Assembly: GCA_963755915.1 (NCBI GenBank)
Contig: CAVWLP010000002.1
Location: 608,001-672,000 of the forward strand
Length of the DNA: 64,000 bases
Reading direction: 5' to 3'
Source: an uncultured Phycisphaerales bacterium
GTDB lineage: Bacteria; Planctomycetota; Phycisphaerae; Tepidisphaerales; Tepidisphaeraceae
Within the stretch, counting starts at the first letter, position 1; every line of letters begins with the position of its first letter. Shown one piece after another: positions 22,425-32,709 of the stretch. The position numbers and the translations under genes were made by a program. The notes below the pieces were generated by a model that did not search any database, was not told where the DNA came from, and worked only from the letters and a program-made list of their open reading frames with translations.

Positions 22425-23654
22425 TTAACCCACTTCGGCCATGATTCGCTGCGCCGCAGCCACATTTTTTTCGGCGTAAACTTGCGTAACGAGCAATGTT
22501 TTGTGTCCGAGGATTACTTGGGCCGCCTCAAGCCCGAATTCCTTGCGAAGGTGGGTGGCGGCGCTATGCCTCAGTTGATTGGGGTGCCATCCCGGTACTA
22601 GCTTAACCTCCGCCGACACGGTCGGATTGTCCGCGTGTGCCTTGAGATCGGCCTTCTTGCAAGCATATTGGATCGCTCGATGGTACGCCTCCACCGTGTA
22701 GGCGTCGCCGGGCTGCCGTTTGGGCTTTCGGCGACGATTGCTTCCCGGTATGTTCCCGCAGGACATGGGCGTTTTTGCGCGGCCGACAACAATGCCCGGC
22801 GTTCGGCGACGGCATCAGCAGGCGAGAATAAGCAGCGATCGACGGCGCGATCCACAAAAAAAGGTCGGATAATCGTTTGGGCCTTAGGACCAAGATAGAT
22901 TGTCCGCACATGGCCATGATGCGCTGTCTTGTGTTGCGCGGCTTGTAAAGCCAGAGGGGTCCACTCGTGTCGATGTCCACGGGTCGCATTCGAATCACTT
23001 CGCCCGGCCGCATCCCTGTCAGCAGTTGCAATTCGATCATTGGCGCACTTGGCGCGACAGCATGGGAAGAACGGCCTGCACGATTTCGTCACTCACTGGC
23101 GTCACCGGCGCCGTTTCCCTCGCATCAGACCGGCCAGCGCGAATCCCGCCACCGCTTGCAAGGCGTGATATGTCGAAGCGGGGACCATTTCATTCTCGGT
23201 TGCAAATCGGAAAACTCGTTTTACCCGCCCCACCTGCTTGTTGATGTAGCTGCGCGCCCAGCCGAGACGAATCATCTCTTGGCGCACGGCCTTGAGTGCC
23301 AATGGTCCGAATTCACAGGCGGGCGTGCGGCCATACAATCGCTCTAGCGGCCGAGTCGCATCGCGGAAGTTGTCGAATTCGCTGGTCAGGGTACTATCGG
23401 GGCGACGGTAGTAGGACCGGGCATGTTCGTAAAACGCGGCAAGAATTTCGTCGACCGCATAATCGGCGTGATTTGCGCTGGACCGATACGCGCCCGCCGG
23501 CCAACCATTCGGCGATCGCACGATCGTACGCATCGCGACTCTCGTTGGACCCGAACTCGCCGAGATAGATATCTCGATCATTGATGGTGACGACCGCTTT
23601 GCCGGAAGGTTTGTGATGACGATACGCAGGAACAGCGTTTGAACGACGGGACAT
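22425..23654 (-). CDS. Tyrosine recombinase / integrase (several frameshifts)
   Basis: N-terminus PAYRHHKPSGKAVVTINDRDIYLG, FGPLALKAVRQ, and catalytic motifs TGMRPGE, HKT, HPNQLRH, LGH and TQVY spread over ORFs 23394-23654, 23102-23716, 22598-23092, 22603-23040 and 22425-22766. Confidence 0.92.
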
Positions 23655-23672
23655 TGCAGCCTCCAGTCTGGA

Positions 23673-23696
23673 ATTAGCCGGTAATTACCGGCTAAT
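23673..23696. promoter_or_regulatory. Perfect 24-bp palindrome upstream of the integrase
   Basis: ATTAGCCGGTAATTACCGGCTAAT is its own reverse complement, 19 bp before the integrase ATG. Confidence 0.7.
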
Positions 23697-23770
23697 CGGT
23701 GACTTTGAGGCCGCACTGCCCGACGCAGGCAGGTACGCTAAATTAAGCGTTCGGCCAGATTTATAAAGAA

Positions 23771-23842
23771 CTCGGCAGGCAGGACTCGAACCTGCAACCA
23801 GCCGGTTAACAGCCGGCTGCTCTACCATTGAGCTACTGCCGA
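23771..23842 (-). tRNA. tRNA-Asn (GTT)
   Basis: TCGGCAG-TAGCTCAATGGTAGAGC-A-GCCGG-CTGTTAA-CCGGC-TGGTT-GCAGG-TTCGAGT-CCTGC-CTGCCGA-G folds into a full cloverleaf. CCA is not encoded. Confidence 0.97.
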
Positions 23843-23860
23843 AAATAGGGCAAGCAGATG

Positions 23861-23888
23861 ACTTTATCGGCAGGGAAGGGGGTGTCAA
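23861..23888 (-). promoter_or_regulatory. sigma70 promoter of tRNA-Asn
   Basis: Minus strand TTGACA (23883-23888), 16 bp spacer, TAAAGT (23861-23866), 18 bp before the tRNA. Confidence 0.7.
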
Positions 23889-24082
23889 GGAGGAAGGAAA
23901 ATTCGGCTGCGGCGGGCCGATTTTGACGGAAGATTGTGGCGTGGCGGCGTTCGCGGCTTGAGATTTAACTGAAAAAAAAAGGCTCCTTTGGCAGTATCGT
24001 GTTTAATGCTACCCCCTTCCGATGCTAAACTGACCTTACCCGTCCGCGCAGCAAACTACGGGCTGACTTTCTGCTTTTCCTG

Positions 24083-27000
24083 ATGACCGCGATGAACCGT
24101 TATGAGGCATTCGGCGCGCTATTCTGCACGCAGTGGCTGGCCATCGCGCTGGCGGTGATGATTCCCCTGAAATCGTGGGGAGGCGATGCGCGATACGACA
24201 TGGGGGGCCTGATCGACCTGGCGGCGGTTCGTGGCGTGGTGGCGACGGCCAGCGATAATCTGCGCAAGGATCAGCCATGTGCGGCATTTCTTCTGCACCG
24301 GGCGGAAGGGGAGATTCGTTTTAACAATAACTACGGGCCCTGCTGGTGGATGATGCAGTTGCCAGGCGAATATGAGGTCTCAGATATTCGGCTGTCGTTT
24401 CGGGATGTGATTACGTCGATTGGTCTTCAGATCAGAACGGCGGACGATCCGCCGGCGGACTGGAACAGTGTTCCGATTGTAGCGGCGTTTGATGGGGCGC
24501 TTCAGCGGGCAGTGAATGGGCAGCACATTGTCGAATTGCACTTCGACGCCAGGAGGGCGAAATACGTCCGCATCGAATTCCTTGGACAGAACGGTGGGGA
24601 GCATGGGGCGGGATCGGGGCACCAGGACCTGGTGGTGAGCGGATTGCAGGTGTGGGGGCCGAATGATCCGCCGGTTGGCAAAGCGATTTCGGTTGCACAA
24701 TCCGCCTGGGCGGACGGCGCGTGCACATTGCACGACTGCACGACGGACGATCGCGCGGCGGATGGAACGGTTACACCGCGACCGCCAAGAGACTGCGATC
24801 AATTGGTGGGCGACAACGATCCGGGGGCGACTGGGGATGCGGTGATTGCGACATTTTTTGCCGCGGGAAGTCCGACGACGGCGATAGAGCAAACCGATCA
24901 GCCCGCGAGTTTTGTCGTCACGCTGAAAAACCGGGTGAATGTGACGACGGTGGCCTATTCCGCCACGAGTGACGATAGGGTTGAGCGTCCTCGGGACGTG
25001 AGGATTTACACGTCGGCCTTCACGATGGGAGACGCGTGGAGGCTTCAAAAAGAAGTGCGGGATATCCAGAGCGGCAGCTACGAGGAGATCGCGCTGGACA
25101 AGCCGGCGGCGGCGCAGCGCGTGCGGTTCGATGTCGAGCGGGTGTGGAATCCCAGGATCGACCTGCAGCGGAAGGCGGCGGAGGGGCACCTGGCGAGCTT
25201 TACGTGTACGGCGAAAGCTTGCCGGCGGATATCGCGTATTCAACGCCCGAGGCATGTCAGGCGAGCTGCCAGATTCTGGATGGGCAGGGGAAGATCGTTC
25301 GACTGCTGCAGTTGCCGACGCCGGTGCAGCCGGGAAGGCACGGCATCGACTGGGACGGGCTGGATGACCTGGGTAATTTGATGCCGGGGGGGACGTATGA
25401 CGCACGCGTCATCCTCAATCCGGCGGTGTACAAGAACATGGGCGCGATCGGGAATACCGCGACACCGGCGACGATCGATCAGAATCCTTCGCAGATTGGG
25501 TCGGTTGCGACCGATGCCGCGGGGAATGTTTACACCGCGGATGGTTGGGACGAGGCGTCGCAGGATTTTCGAAAATGGGACCGCGATACGGGGGCGCATG
25601 TTTTCGACGCTCATGGCGAGATCCGCAGCGGAAATCCCAACGGATTGGCGTATGCGATCGCGGTGGATGACAAATATATCTTCTGCGCGACGACGTCCCA
25701 CACGGATCACGGGCAGCAGCATATTCGGCGATTCCGGCTGGCGGATGGAGAGCCGGCGCCGTTTCCCGCGGCTGGGGCGACGGGGGGACATATTCTCGTG
25801 CACGATCGGCCGGATGATGAGATTCCAGGCGGGACGGACGAAGCGACCGCGAAAGACATGCGCACGCCGCTGCATGCTATGGCGGTGGCGGGAGACAAGC
25901 TGTTTGTGAGCGACACGCTGGCGGGAAAGATTCTGAGTTTCGATCGGGAGACGGGATCGCCAGGGGGGTCGCTCGATTCGAACATGCCGCTGGCGCTGGC
26001 CGTGGATTCCAAGGGGCGCCTTTGGGTGGGGCATGAGGATGGGTCGATCAGCGTCCGCGAGCAGGATGGGTCACAGTTTCGCGTAGCGTACACGGGTCTG
26101 GGCCACATCCAGGCGATGGCGTTTGGGCCGGACGATACGCTTTACGTCGCAGACAGCGCGGCGGGGAGGGTGCTGGTCTATTCGCCCAACGGCGCGAGCC
26201 GAATCTTTGGGCAGAAGGCGGCGCCGGGGGATTATGCCCCGGATCATTTTTACACGATTACGGCACTTACTGTGGACCGAATAGGAAATCTTATCGTTGC
26301 CCAGGAACTTCCGGTGGACGGCTCACGCCTGACGCGATTTTCGCCGGATGGAAAAGTGATCTGGGACCAGCTTGGGGGGGAATTCTGCAACACGGGGAAT
26401 TTCTCAGCCGAACATCCGGACGAGATTTTGACCCAGGACCTGCACCGCTACATCGTGGATAAGCGGACGGGGAAATGGGAATTCCGCGGATCGGTGCTCG
26501 ACGGCGAGGCGCGATATCTGCGCTGGCCCCATGGGCCTATGCGGGTGCTGAAACTGGGGACGGGGGAATTTATCTGCCAGGGATTTGGCGATGGGCTGCA
26601 GGTCTATCGGCGTGAGGGGGATGTGTTTCGGCTCTGCTCGATGTTCGGCTGCGTGAATCCGCTGCCGGGGGGAATCTTTCGGGATGCGATGACGATCCCG
26701 GACGATCAGCGGCCGCAGAAAAAGCTCTGGTCGTGGCAGGACGCCAACGGCGACGGGAAGGTGGATGACGAGGAGATCGAATGGGAGGAGGATTCCGACG
26801 GCGCCGGCCAGTGGAGCCACTTCGGAATCAACGTCGACCAGCACGGCAATGCGCTGCTGTGCGAGTTCAACAATTCGATCATGGAAGTTCCAATGACGGG
26901 GTTTGACGACAAGGGGAACCCGGTTTACGAGATGCTGGAAAGGCGGATTGTGATTCCGCCGGATGGGTCGCCCAGCCCGGTTCTGTCGGACCCGATCATG

Positions 27001-27498
27001 GCCGTGCGGGGCGACGACGGGAGCATTTATGCGTTCAGCCGAAGCAAGGTATTTCCTGCCCCGCCGGAAAGCGGCGGAGGGTGGATGGCGGGATGGATGC
27101 TGGCGAGATATGACAGCGACGGTAACCTGCTGTGGTACACGCGGCTGCCAGAGGCCTGCCCGGGGATGGATCATATTCCGGGCGGAGGTGTGATGCTGGT
27201 CTCGATGAAATCAGGGAAGAATGGATGCGATATTTATCACTACACGCCGGATGGGGCGTTGATCGGCATCTTTCATCCTTCGCCGCAGTTTCTGGATCCC
27301 GGGGGGATTCCGGACAACACGGGCTCGCTGAGCGTGAGCCGCGATCCGCGCGACGGGTTGCTCGATGTGCTGGTGGAGGATTGTTTGGGGAACCGGTTTT
27401 ACTGGTACCGGGTGGACGATCATCGCAAGCCGACGGAGCTGCATATCGGCGTTCAGCTTATCGCGCCGGGCAGTGCGCTTAAGAGCAATCCGTCTTAA
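24083..27498 (+). CDS. Large secreted protein: discoidin/F5-8-like domains, FlgD-Ig domain and NHL beta-propeller (frameshift ~25200)
   Basis: Signal peptide; AKYVRIEF and AQRVRFDV beta-sandwich motifs; ILDGQGKIVRLL...WDGLDDLGN (FlgD-Ig); NHL-type repeats (LAVDSKGRLWV, FGPDDTLYVAD); DANGDGKVD calcium motif. Confidence 0.7.
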
Positions 27499-28313
27499 TC
27501 GGCTTTCGCTTTCAGAAGCGCCCATTCCTGAGGCGAGTTGCGGAGTTCTTCGAGGGCGATGGCGCGGTCGCCGTCAGGCAGGAAGGAAACCAGAGAATAT
27601 TGGGCCGGATCGCGGGGCTGGGTGCCGGCGAGTTCGAAGCTGTGGGTCGGCTCGAAGCGCAAGCGCAGCGCTTCGGTGACGCCGGGGCGGAAAATTTCGT
27701 GAAGCTCGACGAGGATGTCGGCGTTACTCAGGCCGGGAATCGCCAGAGGATCGAGCAGATCGAATTCGAATCCCTCGCAATCGCAGATGATGAGCGTGCG
27801 GCCGCGGACGGCACTGGCGAGGGCTTCAATGGTGCATTTGCCGCGGATGGTCACGCGGTCTTCGACGTCGTTGAGGCGGGCCATTTCGGCGCAAAGCTGG
27901 CGCGAAAGGGGGTCGAGATCGAACCCGATGACGCTCGCTGCCTCGAGCCGGCGGGCCATGCCGATGACGTAGTATCCCTCGGCGCAGCCGATGTCGATCA
28001 CGCGTTCGTAGGGCTCTTCACAGAGTTGTTCGATCCACGAATGCAATTCACATTCGTAGGAGCCGACGAGCTTGGGGGCGATGGTGCTGCCGGTGGCGCG
28101 GCTGACATATTTCATTCCAGCGAACGGGCCGGCCTGAACGACGTGACCGTGGCGGGCGACGTAGCGGTCGAGCACGCGCGGCAACCCGCGCCGGCGGGCG
28201 ACGCCGTCGTTGTGCATCCGCCGGCGAAACGAAAACCACCGATCCGCAAGATTTGGGGAAAGCCGGTAGAGGATGGATTTCAGCGCTTGTTTCATACTTG
28301 GATGAAACGGCAA
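27495..28313 (-). CDS. Class I SAM-dependent methyltransferase (FkbM-like)
   Basis: GPFAGMKY, PKLVGSYE, VIDIGCAEGYY, ICDCEGFE, LVELH. Confidence 0.8.
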   Translation of the reverse strand: MPFHPSMKQALKSILYRLSPNLADRWFSFRRRMHNDGVARRRGLPRVLDRYVARHGHVVQAGPFAGMKYVSRATGSTIAPKLVGSYECELHSWIEQLCEEPYERVIDIGCAEGYYVIGMARRLEAASVIGFDLDPLSRQLCAEMARLNDVEDRVTIRGKCTIEALASAVRGRTLIICDCEGFEFDLLDPLAIPGLSNADILVELHEIFRPGVTEALRLRFEPTHSFELAGTQPRDPAQYSLVSFLPDGDRAIALEELRNSPQEWALLKAKAD

Positions 28314-28382
28314 ACCATTTCGTTTTGAACAAATGCCCCATGGGCGCGATCGGGCGCCCCCCCTACGCGGGCGGGAGTTTCC

Positions 28383-29555
28383 TTAGACGCTGACGGTCTC
28401 CTGCGTCTTGGGCTTGCGCCGGTAGGAGAGGGCGTCGGACGGGACGAAAGTTCCCAGAGATGCCGGTGGAGCCGGGCGGTGAAGGCTGGAGTGTTTATCC
28501 ATGTTGGGGCCGCCGTGCTCGCGCACGTAAAACGAGCAGTTGTTGCACGGGCTGGGGAAATCTCCCTCGGGAACCGGGCCCTTGCGAAAGAGCTGGCGGG
28601 CACGGCGGACGGAGGGATGATTATAAATTTCGCGAACGCTCATTTCCTCGAGGCTCGCGTACTCGGCGACGTTTTGATAGATCAGGCAGCGCGCCATTTT
28701 GCCGTTTGAATTGAGCACGAGCGATCGCCACAGGAAATAGCAGGGATAGCGCGAATTGACCTGCCCGATATCGAGCTTGCCGTCCTGGAACGTCGTGCCG
28801 TCTTCGGGAAGCCAATAGTCCTGAAGGTGCGTGTGGAATTCCATTCCGCGCAGGGGGGCGAAGCGTATGAATACGCCCAGGTCGTCGGCGATCGACTTCG
28901 CCAGTCCCATTTCGTGGACGTTGTATTTATGAACGAGGAACTGCCATTCGATTTCGATGCGGGACCGCTGGCGGCGTTTTTCGTCGACGAAGCGGCGCAT
29001 TCCCAGCAGGGCGTCATCGACGCTGCCGCCGGTGCGATAGCGCTCGTAGGTTTCCTGGGTGAGTCCGTCGATGGCGCAGACGACATGATCGAGCCCGCTG
29101 GCGACGACTTCCTCGGCGATTTTCGGCTTGACCAGCGTGCAGTTGGTCGACATGAGCGTGAAGATTCGGCGGCGATGCGATTTTTCGATGATCTGGCGGG
29201 TGCGCGCCCAGTCGAGCAGCGGCTCGCCCTGCCCGTAAATCTGGCACTGGAAGAGATAGTCGCCCGCCTCTTCCAGAAGACGGTCATAGAGTTCCATCGA
29301 AAGTTTTCCGGCTTCGGGGCCGTGACGGGCATCGGGGAAAATTTGCCGGTCGCACAATGGGCAATCTAGGTTGCAGTAGTAAAGCGGCTCAAGAAACAGG
29401 GTGTAGGGCATTGACCGCACGTAATCGGCGCGGCGGCGATAGGCCAGTTCGGTGCGAATGGCGTTAAGGAATTTCTTCGGCGAGCCATAGCGCAAAACCG
29501 ACCGACCGTACACACGCCACAACCGCCCCGGATTTCGGTAATTCAAAAGCTTCAT
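28383..29555 (-). CDS. Radical SAM / SPASM-domain protein
   Basis: CNLDCPLC (CxxxCxxC), GQGEPLL, STN, IDG; C-terminal CYFLW...C...CNNC. Confidence 0.9.
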   Translation of the reverse strand: MKLLNYRNPGRLWRVYGRSVLRYGSPKKFLNAIRTELAYRRRADYVRSMPYTLFLEPLYYCNLDCPLCDRQIFPDARHGPEAGKLSMELYDRLLEEAGDYLFQCQIYGQGEPLLDWARTRQIIEKSHRRRIFTLMSTNCTLVKPKIAEEVVASGLDHVVCAIDGLTQETYERYRTGGSVDDALLGMRRFVDEKRRQRSRIEIEWQFLVHKYNVHEMGLAKSIADDLGVFIRFAPLRGMEFHTHLQDYWLPEDGTTFQDGKLDIGQVNSRYPCYFLWRSLVLNSNGKMARCLIYQNVAEYASLEEMSVREIYNHPSVRRARQLFRKGPVPEGDFPSPCNNCSFYVREHGGPNMDKHSSLHRPAPPASLGTFVPSDALSYRRKPKTQETVSV

Positions 29556-29885
29556 AGGTAGAACTACTTAAAAAAAGAGCATGAAAACAGCACAAACGGC
29601 CGGTCAGGACAGTGAACGCAAATCAGATACCGGGTAATTTCCAGGATTCATTTTGAGGAAAAAATATTGTTATGTGAATTTCGCGCGATGAGTTTTTGGG
29701 GGTTTGGGCGGTTTCGATTCTGCTTTGAGATTCAGGCTCGCTGGGATAAAATTCACCCGGTTCCTGGGTGCTAGCCGAAGCTGCTGAATCCTTCCGATGG
29801 CCGGCCTGGAAATTCATGTTCAAACTTATGCTCGAGGCTGAGGGAATCGTTCCCGCGGGGAAGCGTACTGCCGATTTCAATCGCG

Positions 29886-31001
29886 TTGCGGCGATGCTGC
29901 GCGGTCAGTTTCGGATTGATCCTTCCGCATATTTTCTATGTTAACGACCTGAGTCATCCCTTTCAGACAGGGGTGCTGTTTTGTCTTTTCCCGACGGGAG
30001 TATTAATCGGCCAGTCGATTTTTCGCGGTCGTGCCGGCGCGCCGCTTATGCAGGCAGTTTTGATGACGCTTACGTATTTTTTAATCGCCATGTCGGCGAT
30101 TGCGCTGCCCGTCGGAATTGGCGCGCTGCGGATGGCGCAGTTAGCGATTTTTCTCATGGGGTTGTTTGCGGCGGATACGAACGGGCAATCTCGATTTGAA
30201 CTGCCAATCCTGGGAATTTCTGTCGGGGCACTGGTTAGCGTAATGCTAACCTGGAGTTATGCTCGCAGCGCCGAGCGGTATGACATCTCGGAGTTGATGA
30301 TGCCCGCACTGGCAGTAGCAATCGTTTCGGCAGCGACGTCGGCTTTGTTATTTTTGGGCGGGGGCTTGTCGATCGCGTCTGAAACGTTTACGGACCGGAA
30401 GTCAATTCGCGGGGACCTCTCCAGGGTGGATCGCCATGTGCTTTGTGCAATCGGCATTTCTGCATTGACTGCGCTGGCCGGGGCGATCGTCTGTACGCTC
30501 ACGCCAATGATGCTGTGGGAATCTTTCGGATTGGGGCCAAGCGCAACGTCGGTTGTATTCGCGATAGCCGGATTGGTCATCGTCTGTGTGAATCTCATCG
30601 TTGGGTATGTCCTGCGCAAATCAGATTCCGCATTTCGAACGTACATCATTGGGGGAATCGGGCTGGCGTTTCTCGGCATCGGCGCGGCAGCACTGATGTG
30701 GTCTCCGTCCACACAATCGGGCCTCCTCGTTTTCAACGGTGTCGCGGCGTTTTCAATCGGTTGGGGTGTTTGGCGGCCCGCCCGATTTAGGATCACCCGT
30801 GCTTTACTTGCAGGACAGCCCGGGGAGGCGATCCTGAAATTGAACGACCTGGCAGTTTTGCTGGCGTGGATTATGGGGCCGATTCTGGCGGCGTCTGTCT
30901 TCTATGCCCACGAACGAACGTCATTCGGTTTAGCGGGCCTGGCGATCATCCTGGCTGGGATGTATTTGGGTGCGACGTTGCGAAGAAGTAAGCAGGCATA
31001 A
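29886..31001 (+). CDS. Multi-pass membrane protein, MFS-like transporter
   Basis: About 11-12 hydrophobic segments, IMGPILA motif near the C-terminus. The start is uncertain and may be frameshifted. Confidence 0.55.
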   Translation: MRRCCAVSFGLILPHIFYVNDLSHPFQTGVLFCLFPTGVLIGQSIFRGRAGAPLMQAVLMTLTYFLIAMSAIALPVGIGALRMAQLAIFLMGLFAADTNGQSRFELPILGISVGALVSVMLTWSYARSAERYDISELMMPALAVAIVSAATSALLFLGGGLSIASETFTDRKSIRGDLSRVDRHVLCAIGISALTALAGAIVCTLTPMMLWESFGLGPSATSVVFAIAGLVIVCVNLIVGYVLRKSDSAFRTYIIGGIGLAFLGIGAAALMWSPSTQSGLLVFNGVAAFSIGWGVWRPARFRITRALLAGQPGEAILKLNDLAVLLAWIMGPILAASVFYAHERTSFGLAGLAIILAGMYLGATLRRSKQA

Positions 31002-31013
31002 ATCTTTGAACGA

Positions 31014-32681
31014 TTACGCGGTGGCCGGTTCCGCGACTGCGCTGCGTGGCGGTTTGGCCGGCAGTTGCCGATCTGCAAAGGCGGCAGCCGGAAACCCGGC
31101 GGAACTGGAAAGGGTCTTTTTTATTTCGTCCGCGGCCCGCAGCGCCAGGGCCATGAGCGTGAGCGTCGGGTTCGAGAAACCGCCCGTGGGGAAAACGGCG
31201 CTGCCGGCAATATAGAGATTCGAATAGCCGTGCACGCGACAGCGGGGATCGACGACGCTGGTGGAAAGATCGGTGCCCATTCGCGTCGTTCCCATGTGAT
31301 GGCTGGCGTCGGTATAGCCGCCGTGCAGACCCTTCTCGCGGCCTTGGATCGGGACGGTATCGACATCCATGTCGGCGACGCCGAGGCGTTTCCACTGTTT
31401 TGCGATCGCGCTGGCGAGCACGGAAATCGAGCGGGCCTCCAGTTCCGTCGGTTTCCAGTCGAGCACGGTTCGCCGCATTCCCAGAGAATCGCGCGAATTG
31501 CTGAGCGTGACCCGGCTGTGCGGGTTTGGCTGCTGCTCGACGCTGATACCGAAGCAGGGCTGGGACGTGCCGACGGAGGCGACCTGTTTTTTGAGATACC
31601 TGCGGTAGACGGTGCGCATCACGCGGTCGGGCCGATTGGCGATTCGCAGCAAGGTGCGCGGCACGTGCGGGCGAAGCTGAGCGTTGCGGATTGAGGAGAC
31701 GACGAGTTTGGCGGCGTCGATCGGATCATCTTCCTGCGCCGGATAAAAGACTTCGCCGCCGGCGTGGAGAATTCGCTCGGATCTCTGAAGCGATTCGCCG
31801 GCCGCGAGCTTGATGCAGTGGCGGATGTCCGAGAGGCGGAAGGAATCAAACCATCGGCTGAACTGCCGGCGATCGGTCGGCCGCAGGGGGAAGACAACGC
31901 CGGGGTGGTCCTGGAAATATCGCCCGACGACGTCGCGGCTGTTGCCGATGCCGGTAGGTTCGACGGAGTTGGACGCGAGCAATAAACGGGCGGTTTCGAT
32001 TCCGCCGCAGCAGACGATGAAGATACGGGCGCGGACGGTGAGGCGTTTTCCGTCGAGCGAGCGCACTTTCACCTCATGCGCGGCCGAGGCGTCGGGAGTG
32101 CTTTCGATGGACGTGACATTCGCGTCGGTGAGGACCTGGATATTTTCGGCGGCGCGTATCGCAGCGCCATGCGCGCGCGCGAAGTTCGGCATGGGGGAAA
32201 AAGTGGAGTAATACGTTTCGATCTCGCCGGGCAGATATTCGGGCGGCTTGGCAACCGAATCGGGCCAGTCGGCAATATCGTGAGAACCGGGGGCCAATTG
32301 CATGACCTCATGGGCGCGGGGATAGAAGGGGGCGAGATCGCTGCGTGAAATCGGCCACCCGCTGTGCTCGACCCAGTCGCGCTTTTGGAAGTCGATGTCG
32401 AAAAGCGGCAGGCACTGCCCGGCCCAGAGCGTGGTGGTTCCCCCAAGAGCGCGCACCCGGCCGATGTGGATTCCGTTGTGCCTGAGGCCGACGACTTCGC
32501 TGCGGTATGGGTCCTGGTATCGGCTGTCGATGGTGGCGCCGCCGGCTTCAAGGACGATCACCTGGTGGGGCGAGTTGATGAACTCGCGCGCGATTGTAAT
32601 TCCCGCTGCGCCGCTGCCGATGATGCAGAGGTCGGTGGGCAGGCAATCGACGGATCCGATTTCGCCCAGGGTTTTGATCAT
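31014..32681 (-). CDS. GMC family FAD-dependent oxidoreductase
   Basis: IIGSGAAG FAD motif, LGGTTTLWAG, GGIETARLLL, VGRYFQDH, HHMGTTRMG, NPTLT. Confidence 0.92.
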   Translation of the reverse strand: MIKTLGEIGSVDCLPTDLCIIGSGAAGITIAREFINSPHQVIVLEAGGATIDSRYQDPYRSEVVGLRHNGIHIGRVRALGGTTTLWAGQCLPLFDIDFQKRDWVEHSGWPISRSDLAPFYPRAHEVMQLAPGSHDIADWPDSVAKPPEYLPGEIETYYSTFSPMPNFARAHGAAIRAAENIQVLTDANVTSIESTPDASAAHEVKVRSLDGKRLTVRARIFIVCCGGIETARLLLASNSVEPTGIGNSRDVVGRYFQDHPGVVFPLRPTDRRQFSRWFDSFRLSDIRHCIKLAAGESLQRSERILHAGGEVFYPAQEDDPIDAAKLVVSSIRNAQLRPHVPRTLLRIANRPDRVMRTVYRRYLKKQVASVGTSQPCFGISVEQQPNPHSRVTLSNSRDSLGMRRTVLDWKPTELEARSISVLASAIAKQWKRLGVADMDVDTVPIQGREKGLHGGYTDASHHMGTTRMGTDLSTSVVDPRCRVHGYSNLYIAGSAVFPTGGFSNPTLTLMALALRAADEIKKTLSSSAGFPAAAFADRQLPAKPPRSAVAEPATA

Positions 32682-32709
32682 AAGATTGTCCCTCTCGCGC
32701 TTGCGATCT

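Larger units (their letters stand above)
1..23770. mobile_element. Integrative conjugative element / genomic island at tRNA-Asn (left end outside the window)
   Basis: Integrase immediately 3' of the tRNA, an excisionase-like gene, cargo genes and P-type trb genes. The second att copy is not in the window, so continuity of one element is inferred. Confidence 0.75.

Noticed and set aside
23725-23733. GCAGGCAGG repeated from the tRNA 3' region as a possible att copy
   Set aside because: Only 9 bp long and 50 bp from the tRNA, so it cannot delimit the element.
23972-23980. A9 tract upstream of the secreted protein as a phase-variation switch
   Set aside because: Short, not demonstrably within a promoter spacer, and homopolymer lengths are unreliable in this assembly.
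28383-29885. RiPP cluster around the radical SAM/SPASM enzyme
   Set aside because: No credible precursor peptide, RRE/PqqD domain or peptidase nearby; the glycan context is more parsimonious.
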